Shown here: piece after piece, positions 12,431-24,838 of the stretch
How positions within the stretch are numbered: the first letter of the stretch is position 1
How the letters are laid out: the number at the start of each line of letters is the position of its first letter
DNA from: Leptogorgia sarmentosa
Taxonomy: Eukaryota
DNA: 64,000 nucleotides
Direction of reading: 5' to 3'
Assembly (NCBI GenBank): GCA_964658305.1
Contig: OZ210885.1
Coordinates: forward strand, 22,258,001-22,322,000
Notes under the pieces: model-generated
Seen by the model: only the letters and a program-made list of their open reading frames with translations
Told to the model about the DNA's origin: nothing
The model's database searches: none
Translations under genes and position numbers: made by a program

Positions 12431-15178
12431 ACAGTACCACATGTATCTGTCCTAGACAACCAGCGAACTGCCGCAAATCTGTCTACATCTACTCGTAAAG
12501 ATAATCAAGCTACCAAAGAATGCGATAAGTCAATGGATTACATCGCAACTATGTTAAAGATACAGCTTCTCAACGGTATAAAGCCAACTCAATTTAGTGG
12601 CAAACCGGCAGATTTTCCTTTCCTGCGCAAGCAGTTGAAAGAACACTTGGAGACCGAACTACTATCTGACGCTCAGCGTGTTGAGTATTTACCTAAGTTT
12701 CTTTGCGGCGACGCAATGGAGGTCATCAAAAGAATCAAACCATGGCTGCTCATACAAGGATCTGGTCCATATCCTTGAAACTCGCTTTGGCCGCCCTATA
12801 CAGGTCTCACAGGCCTGTATAGAAGAACTCGTATCTGGACCAAAGTTGAACTATGGAGATAACGTAGGACTGCTGAACTTTGCTGAAAGACTGACTACAG
12901 CCACTACGATTCTGACGGATGCCGACGCCAGCGTCGCCATGGTCAGCGTCGCCACCAACCTACGCAAAATAGTCAGTCGACTCCTGAACGACCTGGTGTC
13001 AAAATGGCAAAACCTAAACTATGAGATAACTTCTCACGGATCGTCTGCACGCCTAAAGGACATCGCTGACTTTGTCAGAAAACATGCAATGATTAGAAAC
13101 GACCCAGTCTACGGCTCGCCGAGAAGAGACCACAAGGACACTAAAGGCAATACAAAGACGCAGGCGAACACGCGCCATCATGCACCCAGACTATCAACTG
13201 TCGCCACAGCACACATCCAGAAGGACGTCAAGGACACCCCAAGCACACCTAAAGACCGATGCGAAGTATGTAAAGGACCACTCCACAACCTGAAAGCTTG
13301 CCCAACTATAAAGCAGTGTGATCACGTGGATGTGCGTCGTCAGTACGCAGTAGCCTACCACTTCTGTTTCAACTGTGGTAAGCAACGACCGGGCCATGGT
13401 TCCGGGACATGCCCAGATGCGCATCTTGCATGTGATGCAATGGTCGTCACCTGGAAATACTTCATAAGCCCAAGCTAAACATGTAAGCTTCACGCTGAAG
13501 TATATTAACAATGATGAAGAAATAAAGGTCAACGATGCATACTTCCTTCCCGATCTGCGTCAGTCTACCCGAATCCGTTGACACCTCTACTCATACTCAC
13601 CTGCAGGACATCGAGTTTTCTTCTGTTGACGTCCCCCACATATCAATACTGATTGGTAGTAACATTCCTAGTGCACATGTGCAGCGAGAAGTAAGGATTC
13701 CTGATGATGAAGGCAATGGCCTTTACGGATATCGGTACTCACTTGGATGGACCTTGTGTGGTCCAGTCGATGTAGCCACATGTACTAAGGAAACCATATC
13801 TGTGAACTCCATATCGATGGACTGTCAACTTGACGAAGCCCTAGAAAAATTCTGGAAGATAGAAGATAATGTGATATCTGGAGCAAGGAAAGAACTTTCT
13901 GTTGAGGACAAACAAGCTCTTCAGATAATCAGCGAAACCACAAGATTTGTCGATGGGCATTACGAGGTAGGCCGAGCCCAAGCAACCGACGCATGGCAGA
14001 AAAGAGACTCGAGATGCTGAAACGTAAATTACTGAAGCCTGAGAATGCAGATCTTGCACTGAAGCATCGCGACACTATGCAGGGATACATCGACAAAGGA
14101 TACACCAGAAAGCTCACAGAAGATGAAGTCAAAGCAGATAGTCAAGGATACCAGACTTTACAAACAGCCTCATCTGTGTTCTTCTGCGGTTCAGAAAGGG
14201 CAATGTTGCACTAGCAGCCGACGTGGAGTCTGTTTCACCAGGTTCGTGTAGCAGAACACGACCAACAGCACTGCGCTTCCTTTGGTGGACACGTGGTTAT
14301 GAAGGATCTCCAGACGTATACGTGATGCAAGTACATATCTTTGGGGGCCACTTCATCGCAGTGTGTGGTAAACTCGACCCTCAGGAGAGCTGCTGACGAT
14401 AATGCCGGTGACTTCTCAGAAGAGACAGTCGCAGCTGTTAAACAAAACTTCTACGTGGATGATGGCCTGCCATCCTGTATTGACACCGTGTCAGCAACCA
14501 CTCTTGCAAACGAAATGATTGACCTCCTTAACAGCGGAGGGTTCAATCTCACCAAGTTTACCTCAAACAGTAAAGATGTACTTTCCACCATTCCCTCAAA
14601 GAAGGGAGCAAAACCCAAACTGAACCTCGACGAATTGCCAATGGAGAGAGCCCTTGGTGTATGCTGGTATCCAGAATCAAATGAGCTCGGATTCACAATC
14701 CAAGAACTGGATCGCTCTGAAACCAAGCGCAGAATCCGGTCAACTGTGTGCTCGTTGTACGACCCCCTTGGTATGGTAGGCCCGGTGGTCCTCCAAGCTA
14801 AGAATCTCTTGCAGGATCTTTGGAGAGCGAAAGTCGACTGGGATGAACCACTTGCCGATGAATTCCTTATCAAATGGCGGGAATGGAAAGATGCGCTCAA
14901 AACCATGGGCGACGTACGCATTCCTCGATGCTACTTCTCACCAGGTACCATCCTGTCAGAGTGTAAACTCCAGATGCATCATTTTGCTGATGCCTCAGAG
15001 CACGGGTACAGAACTGTATCATATCTGAGGGCGGAACACCCCGATAGTAACGTCCAGTGTTCGTTCATCATGGGAAAGTCACATAATGCTCCTGTCAAAT
15101 TTACCTCTGTATCACAGCTAACAGTAAGTTAGTTTAGTTAGGTTGGGTCCTACCGACCTAGGCCCAAGGTGGCCGGTA

Positions 15179-15467
15179 TGTTCGGGATACCTGTGCATGG
15201 GTTTCCCGTGCCAAAGATGCCGAGTGGACAGCCCTCGTGCTACAAGTCACGTACGTTGATAGATTTTTGTTATTTTGTTATTTGTTATTCATAAGGGCCA
15301 TGATCGTCAGTAATTGTTGTTTTATTGTATTAGAGTGATTTGTAATTCAGATATTGTATTTTAGACTTATTTCTGCTCGTAGTTTGTCTTGTATTCGCCG
15401 TATGTTGATAGAACTTATTTGTATTTAGTTTTGCCTGTACCTGTACCTATATTGATATTAAACACTG
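15179..15467 (+). repeat. 3' LTR of BEL #3
   Basis: Direct repeat of 11033-11314, preceded by PPT-like aggtggccggta. Confidence 0.9.
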
Positions 15468-15674
15468 CCACTAGTTAAAAGAATTTGGCTAGCTGATTTG
15501 TCCCAAACAGCCTGAATATCATTACCTTTACTTTCGCGGATCTTGGAAGCATAGCCCTTGTTGACGTTGTTGTTGATTCCCTTCTTATATTTCTCGTGAA
15601 GACCTGCATCTTTCTTTAAACGTGCCTTAAGCGAATGTAACCTTCTTTTGGCTAAACCTCTGTTGTTGGGAAAG

Positions 15675-15729
15675 ACCTCATCCTGAGAGGAACTCCTTGA
15701 TCAAGGTGCCTCTCGCATCAGGTAAGTAT
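15675..15729 (-). pseudogene. U1: U1 snRNA 5' fragment (~55 nt)
   Basis: Minus strand ATACTTACCTGATGCGAGAGGCACCTTGATC...CTCAGGATGAGG; matches the copy at 20806-20968; truncated against BEL #2. Confidence 0.9.
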
Positions 15730-15890
15730 GATTTCGTGGCACATGCGATTACCTTTTATATGCTGCAACCGCGAGGAATGCTTGTGAAACAAATGCATGG
15801 AGATAAGTTTGTCTGTCCATGGATGGATGGATCGATCTCTCTGACTGCACCGTGTTTGCACGTTCCGACAATTCTCGATCATATTCAATA
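15730..15890 (-). promoter_or_regulatory. U1 snRNA upstream/promoter region
   Basis: Directly upstream of an intact U1 5' end; GCATTTGTTTCAC near -60 and TAAAAG at about -29; homologous to 28745-28860. Confidence 0.65.
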
Positions 15891-15894
15891 CTTA

Positions 15895-18800
15895 TGTAGC
15901 ATTTGTTGTCAGTTATTCTGTTAGACATTGTTGTCAGTTATATTCTGTTAGTAAAAACGTTAAGAAATGGCGTACAAAGCGACGATTGACGTTAACTTCG
16001 TCAGCAAAAGCCGGTTAGGGGTCTTATGTTAAGTTGTGCTTAGGATAGGATTAATAAGCGAAACAGAGTTGTTCATTTAGTATAATTGTTGGAATATATA
16101 GTAAACAAAACATAAACAAACCAGTGTGTGTGACACGTTACAATTAGTGGCAGCGGAAAGCAAAAAAAAAAATTAGTAAAAGCAAGCAAAATGTTGCTGC
16201 AAGTTCGTCTGAGAAAGCAGTGAGCAAAGAAGTGCAAATGTCGCCAAGGCCTATAGTTATGCCTGATCAATACACTGGCAAGGAAGATTGGATGGACTGG
16301 ATTGTCCATTTTGAACTGTGTGCAAGAATAAACGACTGGGATGACGAGGCTAAGACGGATTTCTTAGCTGTACGATTGACGAAAACCGCTCAACAAGTTT
16401 ACTGTGATCTTCCAAGTTCTTCTAAGAACAGTTACAATGACTTGAAGGCTGCAATGGTTACTCGGTTTGCTGCTACGATTCATGCTGAATTACATAAAGC
16501 TGAATTGCGCTTTGTGAGACGAGGAAGAAATGAAAAACTCACCGAGGTCGCAAATCGGATTCGTCACTTGGGCTGCGTAGCATATCCGACCGTTGATGTT
16601 CAATTTCGTGATGAACTGTGTTGAGATCAGTTCTTGGACGCTCTTGAGGACAGAGAATTCCGTTTAAAAGTACGCCAGCTTCGACCCAAGTTGCTGGACG
16701 AAGCAGTCACTTTGGCAAGCGAAATAGAAGTCATGGAGCAAGCTGAGGATCGAAAACAGACAAAAGTAATGCGTGCTACAGATGTTCCAGCAGCAGAAGT
16801 ATCAGCAATCAACAACGAGCAAACTAACCGAGTCTTGGAACGAAGTCTGCAAGTTATAGAGCAAAACACCGCCGTCATGAAAGAAATGTTGTCGGGAATG
16901 AGGATTAACGGAAGTGCCGGTTATCGGGGGGGAATACAATGAATCCAAACAAAACCAGAAGTCTCGAAACGGAAGCGCATGTTACAACTGTGGAAAGATT
17001 GGTCATGTCATCGCCAGCTGCCCAGAGATTCGGGGAAACGACGGACGACTGAGGTGAAGGGTCCCACGTCAGTTGTAAAACAAGAGACCCAAAAGGTAAC
17101 AGAAGAAAATGAACAGGTCAGTGTGTCTAAACATATTGGAAGTGTTAATGTTGAGTCAGCAATTTTTACGGACGGAGAAATTGGGGGAGAACACGTTAGC
17201 ATGTTAGTAGATATGGGATCAGCGGTAACTTTAATTCATAGTCGTGTTTGGAAAAAGCTTCAACCTAAATATGGGTGTTTAGAGAAAGGCCCCTGTGTTA
17301 TCGCTGCGAACGGTCTACCTTTAAATGTATTGGGACAGCTTCTAGTCGATATTAGAGTAGCAAGTATCCACACCTCTCATCGCGTCCTAGTCGCTGATGA
17401 TATTTCACACGATTGTCTATTGGGAGTAGACTTTCTCAGCGCTAATAATTTCACCATAGAAGTGGGTAGCAGCCGTATTTCCTCTAGAGATAATAACATT
17501 CCGGCACCCCTTTACCTGAAACGCCAACCAGTAGTTTGTCGCGTGTCGTTAGCAGAAACTGTAGTGGTTCCAGCAAGACATGAAATGGTAATACCGGCCA
17601 AAGTATTCGCTCCAGACAAGAAAACACCCGTGAACATTGGCCCCGGGGTGGTAGAATCCAATTTGATCTTTAAGAGAAAACCAGAACTAGCACTTGCCTG
17701 TTCTGTTGTACAACCGCAGGGTGATCGCATTGCTGTGAGAGTCGTAAATATGTCCCCTACGCCTATTACATTGTATAAAAATTCTAAAGTTGCCAATCTC
17801 CACCCTTTAATGGAAGGAGAGGATAGTACGGAATGCGTAGAGGCATTTGAAGTACTAGAACCACAAATCGTAAAAGAAAGTAATAGTGTGTCGAAAGCGA
17901 ACAGTAACGCTAACTTGCAGAAACTGTTTGAACAGGTTGATCTATCTCATTTACAACCTGAGCAACAAGCGGATGTAGAAAACTTATTAGTTGAGTTTCA
18001 GGATATCTTCTCTTCAGGACCAAGTGATATCGGGCGTACAAGTAAAATATATCACAAAATCAATACAGGAGATCATCCACCAATTCGTCAACAAGCATGG
18101 CATATCCCAGGACATCGAAGAGAAGAGGTCGACAGCATGCTACAAACCATGTTAGAGCAAGGAGTTATTCAAACATCATTCAGTCCGTGGGCTGCCCCGA
18201 TCGTGCTAGTGAAGAAGAAGGACGGTATGACGAGGTTCTGCATCAATTACAGGAAACTGAACGATGTGACCAAGAAGGACGCATACCCACTTCCTCGTAT
18301 TGACAACACCTTGGATGCGTTATTTGGAGCGAAGATATTTACCACTTTGGATCTCGCGAGCGGTTATTGGCAAGTGGAAATGGATCCCAACGATCGCGAA
18401 AAGTCAGCGTTTGTTACACACCAGGGACTGTACGAGTTTAACGTCATGCCATTTGGGTTGTGTAATGCGCCAAGTACATTTCAACGACTAATGGAATACG
18501 TTCTTGCGGGTTTGCAGTGGTCTACGTGTCTTATTTACCTCGATGACATTATTATCTACGGCCGAGATTTTGGAGAACATATGGCGAGACTTCGGGAAGT
18601 GTTCACTCGCCTCCGAGCCGCAGGACTGAAGCTTAAACCATGTAAGTGCCATTTTCTTCGTAAGGAGGTGGAGTATTTGGGTCATGTTATCTCGGAAGAT
18701 GGAGTGTCGACGAATCCCGCGAAAGTTGAGAGAATCGTTAATTGGCCAACTCCAAAAAACATGCGAGAGCTTCGAAGTTTCCTTGGACATGCGTCATATT

Positions 18801-19460
18801 ATCGAAGATTCATTAAAGACTTCGCCACTATAGCAGCACCACTCCATAGACTAACAGAGAAAAACAAACCATTCTATTGGAATGAACCATGTGAAGAAGC
18901 ATTTTTGAACCTGAAGCGACAATTGACCAACCCCCCCCCCATATTAGCCTACCCTCGTTTTGAAGTGCATTTTATTCTCGACACCGATGCGAGTGATGCG
19001 GGAGTCGGTGGTGTACTATCACAGTTTCACGATCAAAAAGAACGAGTCATCGGATATGGCAGTTGAATGCTAACAAAACTAGAACGTCGCTACTCGACAA
19101 CAAGGAAAGAGCTATTGGCAATTGTAGAATATGTGAAACACTTCAGGCATTATCTTTATGGACGGCAGTTTCTGATTAGAACTGATCATAGTGCGTTGAA
19201 ATGGCTAAAAAATTTCAAGGAACCAGTGGGTCAATTGGCTCGATGGATGGAGTTATTGTCTGAATTCGACTTCGTTATCGAACATCGCCCGGGTAAAAGT
19301 CATGGAAACCATAACGGAGCTAGTGAAGGACTTAAGTCAAATGTGGAGTGCGAAAACGTGGTGATGGCAGTACATAAGGGTCGGGAAAAGTCGACTGATG
19401 AGAGCAGCAGTTGGTGTTCCGTGGTTTCCGAAACCGAAATAAAGCAGGCACAAAGCGACA
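15895..19460 (+). mobile_element. Gypsy/Ty3 LTR retrotransposon, 3'-truncated (no integrase or 3' LTR)
   Basis: LTR 15895-16142 (TGTA...TTACA) then PBS-like TGGCAGCGG; gag with CYNCGKIGHVIASC knuckle; GGGAAAC slippery heptamer 17033-17039; protease LVDMGSAVT; RT YLDD; RNase H DTDAS. Confidence 0.93.
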
Positions 19461-20067
19461 ACGTGGGCAATGGTTATTCGGGACGGGATAGGCTTCTTTA
19501 ACTCCATCTTTACTGAGTAAACAGAGATGGCAATCCCTTGCACCAACTCGCAACGGATCTTGAAAATGGTACCATAATCAGACAGCCCGGATTTGAGAGC
19601 ATTCTCGGTAGTGCCATAGACAACACAGTCAAACGAACCCACTGGATATTCGGCGCTGGAACCAATTTTACCGGGCAGGAGCGAAAGGTGAAGCCAGAAT
19701 GAAGCATGATCTCGGCTTGGCGACCATCAACACAATGCATAATGAATGTTGCTGCATCCCGATTGCATAACGTTCTTGATTTTGGACGGGGGCATCGGGA
19801 ACCTGACGGAGGAAGTCCTCAATCATCTCTTTCAGGGTCACTGGTTTCAGGGTAGCTTGAGCCATGATGCATCAGGAATCATGCCCACAAGGGCCTTCAC
19901 GGCGAAGGGAACAGCAGCCATCCGATGAACCAAGGACGACCAAAGACCACAGATACAAAACAAGACGCCAAGTCCCAACGCCACCAAACACTTCCTTTCC
20001 TCTTCTTCTTTTCCTCTGAAAACTTCTTCTCTTCTAAAACAGCTTTCAATCCAGGACTCTTCTCTCA
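19460..20067 (-). mobile_element. Tx1-clade non-LTR element B, 5' fragment (UTR plus ORF1 start) fused to U2 5' end
   Basis: ORF1-like VYGTTENALKSGLSDYGTIFKIR...VKMELKKPIPSRITI (RRM-like L1/Tx1 ORF1 pattern) downstream of 24 nt of U2. Confidence 0.7.
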
Positions 20068-20091
20068 TTAGCCAAAAGGCCGAGAAGCAAT
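20068..20091 (-). ncRNA. U2: U2 snRNA 5' fragment (nt 1-24)
   Basis: ATTGCTTCTCGGCCTTTTGGCTAA versus canonical ATCGCTTCTCGGCCTTTTGGCTAAG. Confidence 0.9.
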
Positions 20092-20248
20092 GCCTTTTTC
20101 GCCATTCCACGCCATCTTTTAAGCGAGAAAAGCAAGGTGAAAAAATGCGGTCCTCCTTCGCGCCGCCATTAGCAGCCCCGGCCGCGAAATCGCAAGCGAA
20201 ATGAGTCGCAAACGTTATGGCACACAGTGATGACGACACGTACAATCA
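20092..20248 (-). promoter_or_regulatory. U2 upstream/promoter region
   Basis: Homologous to 28595-28750; PSE-like TTTTCACCTTG at about -49 and TAAAAG at about -30. Confidence 0.65.
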
Positions 20249-20805
20249 ATCGTTTGTGTGCTGCTAATTAATTCGGGTGCAGATCTGAAACTGCTCGCGA
20301 CGCGCGCATGTTCTCCACGAATTTCTCGCGATTTTATCTAGGGCGCACATGGCGCGTTTGCCCAACCTACCTTGGTTCGCTGGCTTCACGACCATTCAAT
20401 TCGGGAATGGCAAATGACCGACATGCACCGAGTTGAACGAAGCGAGTCCGGTTGCACTTTGGTTGGGGAAATGAAGAGTGCATTTGAATTGGAAATGGTT
20501 GTTTAAAACATGAGTCTAGTATAAAATGCATGATCGGTTGGCAGCGCGTATTGATTGACTCATTCGTTCATTCATTCATTCCGTGTGACATGCTTACAAC
20601 AAGATGTCAGTAATCCAATATTGATTGCATGGTTATATATTAGTTTCGAATGACCGATGTAGTATCGAGTTACACGTGTTCGTGAAACACACGCCAGTGT
20701 GAAGAACACATAGAATTGTTGTTGTCCTTTCAATATACTAAGATGCCCGACGACACTTATGTCAGTTTTGAGTAGGGAAATGGGGATAATAAGATAGATG
20801 ATAAA

Positions 20806-20968
20806 GGGAACGAGCGCGAACGCAGGTCCCCACTACCAGAAATTATAAGCTCGAGTTGCCCACATTAGGGGTAATCGCAGGAGTCAACCCAGTCGAAGTG
20901 CAATGAAAGGGCCTCATCCTGAGAGGACCTCCTAGTTGATCAAGATGCCTCTTGCATCAGGTAAGTTT
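20806..20968 (-). ncRNA. U1: U1 snRNA, near full length (5' AT replaced; promoter displaced by Tx1 A)
   Basis: Minus strand: (A)ACTTACCTG, SL2 loop ATTGCACT, CTGCGATTACCCCTAATGTGGG, Sm site AATTTCTGG, terminal GGGGACCTGCGTTCGCGCTCGTTCCC; 163 nt. Confidence 0.95.
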
Positions 20969-21324
20969 ATGTTGGATATAGGCAAATCCACCCCCACTTG
21001 CAAGAGTGCAATGGATTTCCCTAAATCAAGGAGGGTGCTACCGGCACGCAAATGACTAGGGGGATGATCTCTATCTCCTCATTAAATGCACCCAGAGAAT
21101 ATTTATTATTCTGACGCCTCGATTAGTGCATTTAATTCTATATAAAAAACAACACATACTAGGACGGTACATGGACCGATGCTGACCTGATCCAGGCTGC
21201 AATAGGGATTTAAAAAGAGAACAACCCCACCGAACCGATCCGGGCAGTACAACCAACGAAGGCGACCCCCCTTCACGGAACGGCAGAGGAAGAAAAAAGG
21301 ATTGAAAAACCTAAAAAACTATAA

Positions 21325-24300
21325 TTATTATTATTATTATTATACAATTTATTTAAACACGGTAAAATCTACAGTAGTTACAAAAAAGACAATAAACTAA
21401 TACTAAAACTGGTTTACAAGATTGCCGTGTGGGGGCTCATTTATTCATCAAAATACTTATTAACAGCTTTTTAAAATTTAGCCTGTGTTTGAAAAGCTTT
21501 CTTATTTCTTCCGGAAGGCTGTTCCACAATAGTGCACCACTATAACAAAAGCTTTGTTCTAAGTAATTTGTTCATGGCTTAGGCAGATTCAGCCTCATTT
21601 CAGAATTTCTTAGGTTATATCCAGTTCTGCGAATGGAAAAGAATTCTTGTAAATAAGTTATCGCAACGCAGATTATTTAATAATACACTTGCATCGGTAT
21701 CATAACTTGATCTCATGATGACTCTCGCTGCTCGGTTTTGCAATTTTTGTAATTTAGTACTGAGTGTTTCCCCAAGGCCATCCCATACCGTGCAGCAATA
21801 GTCGAAATGAGGCTGAATGATCGCTTGGTATAGTTGTATGGATGCGTCTATAGTTCTAAACGATCTAACACGCTTTAGTGCACCAATAGCAGATGCAACT
21901 TTCTTGCATAGTTTATCAATATGATCATGCCAAGTAAGATGTTTATCAATATAAACTCCCAAGGATTTTGCCGATTCAACCCTAGTTATTTCATTTTCGT
22001 TGATTCTAATGTTTATTTCGCTATCTATGGACCTTAATTTTTGCTGAGATCCTATTACCATAAATTCCGTTTTAACAATATTTAGACTTAATCTATTAGT
22101 AATAAGCCAGCTATTAAGCTTTTTTAACTCAGAGTTTATTACATTTTGGAGCTCATCTGTTGTGTTTGCCGAAAAACTTATACTTGTGTTATCAGCGAAC
22201 ATTCTAGGTATAGCATGATTCAAGCAATTTGGAAGGTTATTTATATAGATCAGAAAAAGTATGGGCCGCAGGTACCTTGGGGAATACCACAAGTCACCGG
22301 GGCAGAATTTGACAATTGGTCGTTAACACAGCACTTTTGAGTTCGATTGGTAAGATCAAACCAGGTTAGACTCATTTGATCAATACCATAGTTTCTTAGC
22401 TTTTGTAACATAATTTGGTGATCAATAGTGTCAAATGCTTTTTTTAAATCAATAAAAACTACTCCATTGATTAAACCATTGTCAATATTCATAGACCAGT
22501 CACTTGTGGCTTCAAGCATTGCAGTTACTGTACTGTGTAGAGATCGAAAACCAGATTCGCAGGAAGTTAAAATCTCATTAGTGTTTAGGTATTCATATAA
22601 TTGGTCAGAAATAATTTTCTCAAAAATTTTTGCAATGGCAGGAATAATGGAAATTGGTCGATAATTGCTTGGATTACTCTTAGGACCACTTTTGAATATT
22701 GGTGTCACCCTGCTTGCCTTCCATTCATTTGGGAATATTCCTATACGTATTGATGCAGAAAATATTCCCGTCAATGAAGGTGCAACCACCTGTGCAGCCA
22801 TTTTCAGTAATTTGTTGGGTATATTATCCAACCCAACAGATTTTTTCTCGTCAATTTCACTTAAGGAGATTGCAATGAAAATGTCTTATCCATTGCTTTA
22901 AGAAAAAAGCTTGGATCATGGTCAGGGGTTGGTATAGATGCAGCCAGGTCGTCACCAACACTCGAAAAATAGTCATTAAAAGCTTCAGCAATATCCAGAG
23001 GTGCCATTATTTCTTGATTATTAAAATTTAATTCTGACACTATTTGTTTTGCAAGTATTTTTGGAACTTAATTCGTTAATTAATTTGCATGTTTTTTTTC
23101 ATGTCACCTTTATGAAGATCTAGATTATTTGTAAAATAATTTCGCTTAACTTCCTTAACTTCATTGTTTATTCGGTTTCGAGTCTGTTTGTATTGCTGCC
23201 GAATTTGAGGATCATTAGATATATTCGCTTTCTTTTTTAAACTATCACAATGTCGTATCTTTTGTCTTAATTCTTTTGATATCCAGGGGGACTTCCGATT
23301 TTTAACCCGCCTGGATCTCAATGGTGCATGTTTGTCAATTGCACTCATTAAGTTTTCTTTCCAGGTTTTCCACATCACATTAGGGTCCGCAGATCAATAA
23401 ACATTGTGCCAATTTTTTTGTTCAAGATCTTGTAAGTAGTGTTCTCTATTAAATTGCTTCATTGACCTAATATGTACCGTTTTTGGTACCCCTTGTACAT
23501 AGTGAGCCTTACGAATTGCATAAATCAATGAATCATCGCTTATTGACAGGGATAAAACTCCAGCATCTACAACATGAGAAGGTGTATTTATAAGACATAA
23601 GTCAATCAGGGTTCTAGATGATGACGTAATTCTGGTTGGTTCATTATTCAATTGTTTAATACCGTGAATATCTAATATCTCTTTTAATTTATTTTTTATT
23701 GGTGATGCAGTTGTTGAAATAAGGTCAACATTTAGATCACCCAAAAGAAAATACTCCAGGTTTTCGGCATCAAATGACCCAATCATTTTTTCAAATACAA
23801 TAAATTGACTCATTGGTGAGTCTGGGTCTATAATAAGTACTGACTAAAAAAGACTTTGATCGCAGTTTTCTTATCTCCACTACCACATTTTCGAGAGTTG
23901 CAGAATGCAAAATGCAAATCATCTCTAACTTGGTAGTTTATGTTAGACTTAATATAAATGCACACACCCCCACCATTGCGTCCATTTACATTTCGGCCCC
24001 TTCTAACAATTTCATAGCCAGCTAAATATACCTCCTGATCATTGATTGAACGGTTGAGTTTGGTTTCATTTACACATAGTATGTCATTTTTGCATAACTA
24101 ATAAATATTTGCAATTCATCTATGTGAGCAATGAGGCTATTTACATTTAAACATGCAATTGCCATACCACGATGGGATGGTATTGTGTTTTTTGTATAAG
24201 TTAAATTAGAGGTATTATTAGACTCATTTAACTCACCCACATTGGTTGAGTTTCTGTCATCTATTCTTGCTTGTACATCAGTATTATTAACAATCGACTC

Positions 24301-24838
24301 CCACACGGCAAATTCCTAATGGCTCCTGCCATATATATATGGTTTATAAAATTGCATGCCAATAAACTTGTTCCTTGTTTGTTCAAATGAAGTTTACTCT
24401 TGTTTAAGTGTTGAGAAGTGATGTTGTCATGTTCAATAAATGCCTAGTTTTTTCCCAAGCATGACTGCTTTAGCATTGCGTTAACTTCGTTGACTTTAGA
24501 TGCCAATATCTCTTCGTCAGCTCTTGTGATTAGGCCTGATATAATTATCTTAGTTTCTGGTATAGACATGTTAATTGACATAGTGCTCTTGTAGGTTTTC
24601 GTTCCAACAGGGTTATCTTTCTTTGGTTTGTCTCTCGTTTGGTCGTTTGACATGTCATTAAACTGAATATTTTGTGTTTCTTCTGATATTCGTGGCAAAT
24701 TTTCTTCTGATTCTGTAGCAGTGTGTTGTGGCGATTTCTTGGCCTTACGATATTTACGCTTCTTTTTCTTTTTCTTTAGTTATCTCCAACCTTAACCCAC
24801 AGGCTTTCCTGTTTTTCAATACAGTTATTGTTCCTTTG
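21325..24838 (-). mobile_element. CR1/L2-group LINE (ORF1 esterase remnant, APE, RT), 5'-truncated
   Basis: ORF1 IIISGLITRAD...LHLNKQG (SGNH-like); APE CLNVNSL and LGDLNVD; RT NYRPIS, FIDLKKAFDTIDH and FADNT; (AAT)n tail; TSD TATAA at 21320-21324 and 24839-24843. Confidence 0.92.

Larger units (their letters stand above)
11033..15467 (+). mobile_element. BEL/Pao retrotransposon #3, internally deleted, with both LTRs
   Basis: LTR pair; gag with CxxC/HxxxxC knuckles (12678-13478); GWT protease-adjacent motif; RT FYVDD, YDPLG and HHFADAS (14341-15132); integrase absent. Confidence 0.9.
8235..15674 (-). mobile_element. BEL/Pao retrotransposon relic #2 (pol), interrupted at 11033-15467 by BEL #3
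   Basis: NNRGLAKRRLHSLK...KGYA (15540-15670) continues into VWYLPHH...VFDCAA, FYVDD, YDPLGF, LHHFSDAS, PRLELTAA, FSDNGTNF and WERMIRS; PPT-like ggggccagt before tgtaag (3' LTR start at 8300, minus). Confidence 0.88.

Noticed and set aside
11886..12476. Antisense and alternative-frame repeat ORFs (FVDHRRLVHVAL, STNASSATC)
   Set aside because: Shadow frames of the 42-bp gag repeat.
20250..20800. Possible 5S rRNA or spliced-leader RNA in the U1-U2 spacer
   Set aside because: No recognisable 5S or SL/Sm-site sequence by eye; a covariance-model search would be needed.
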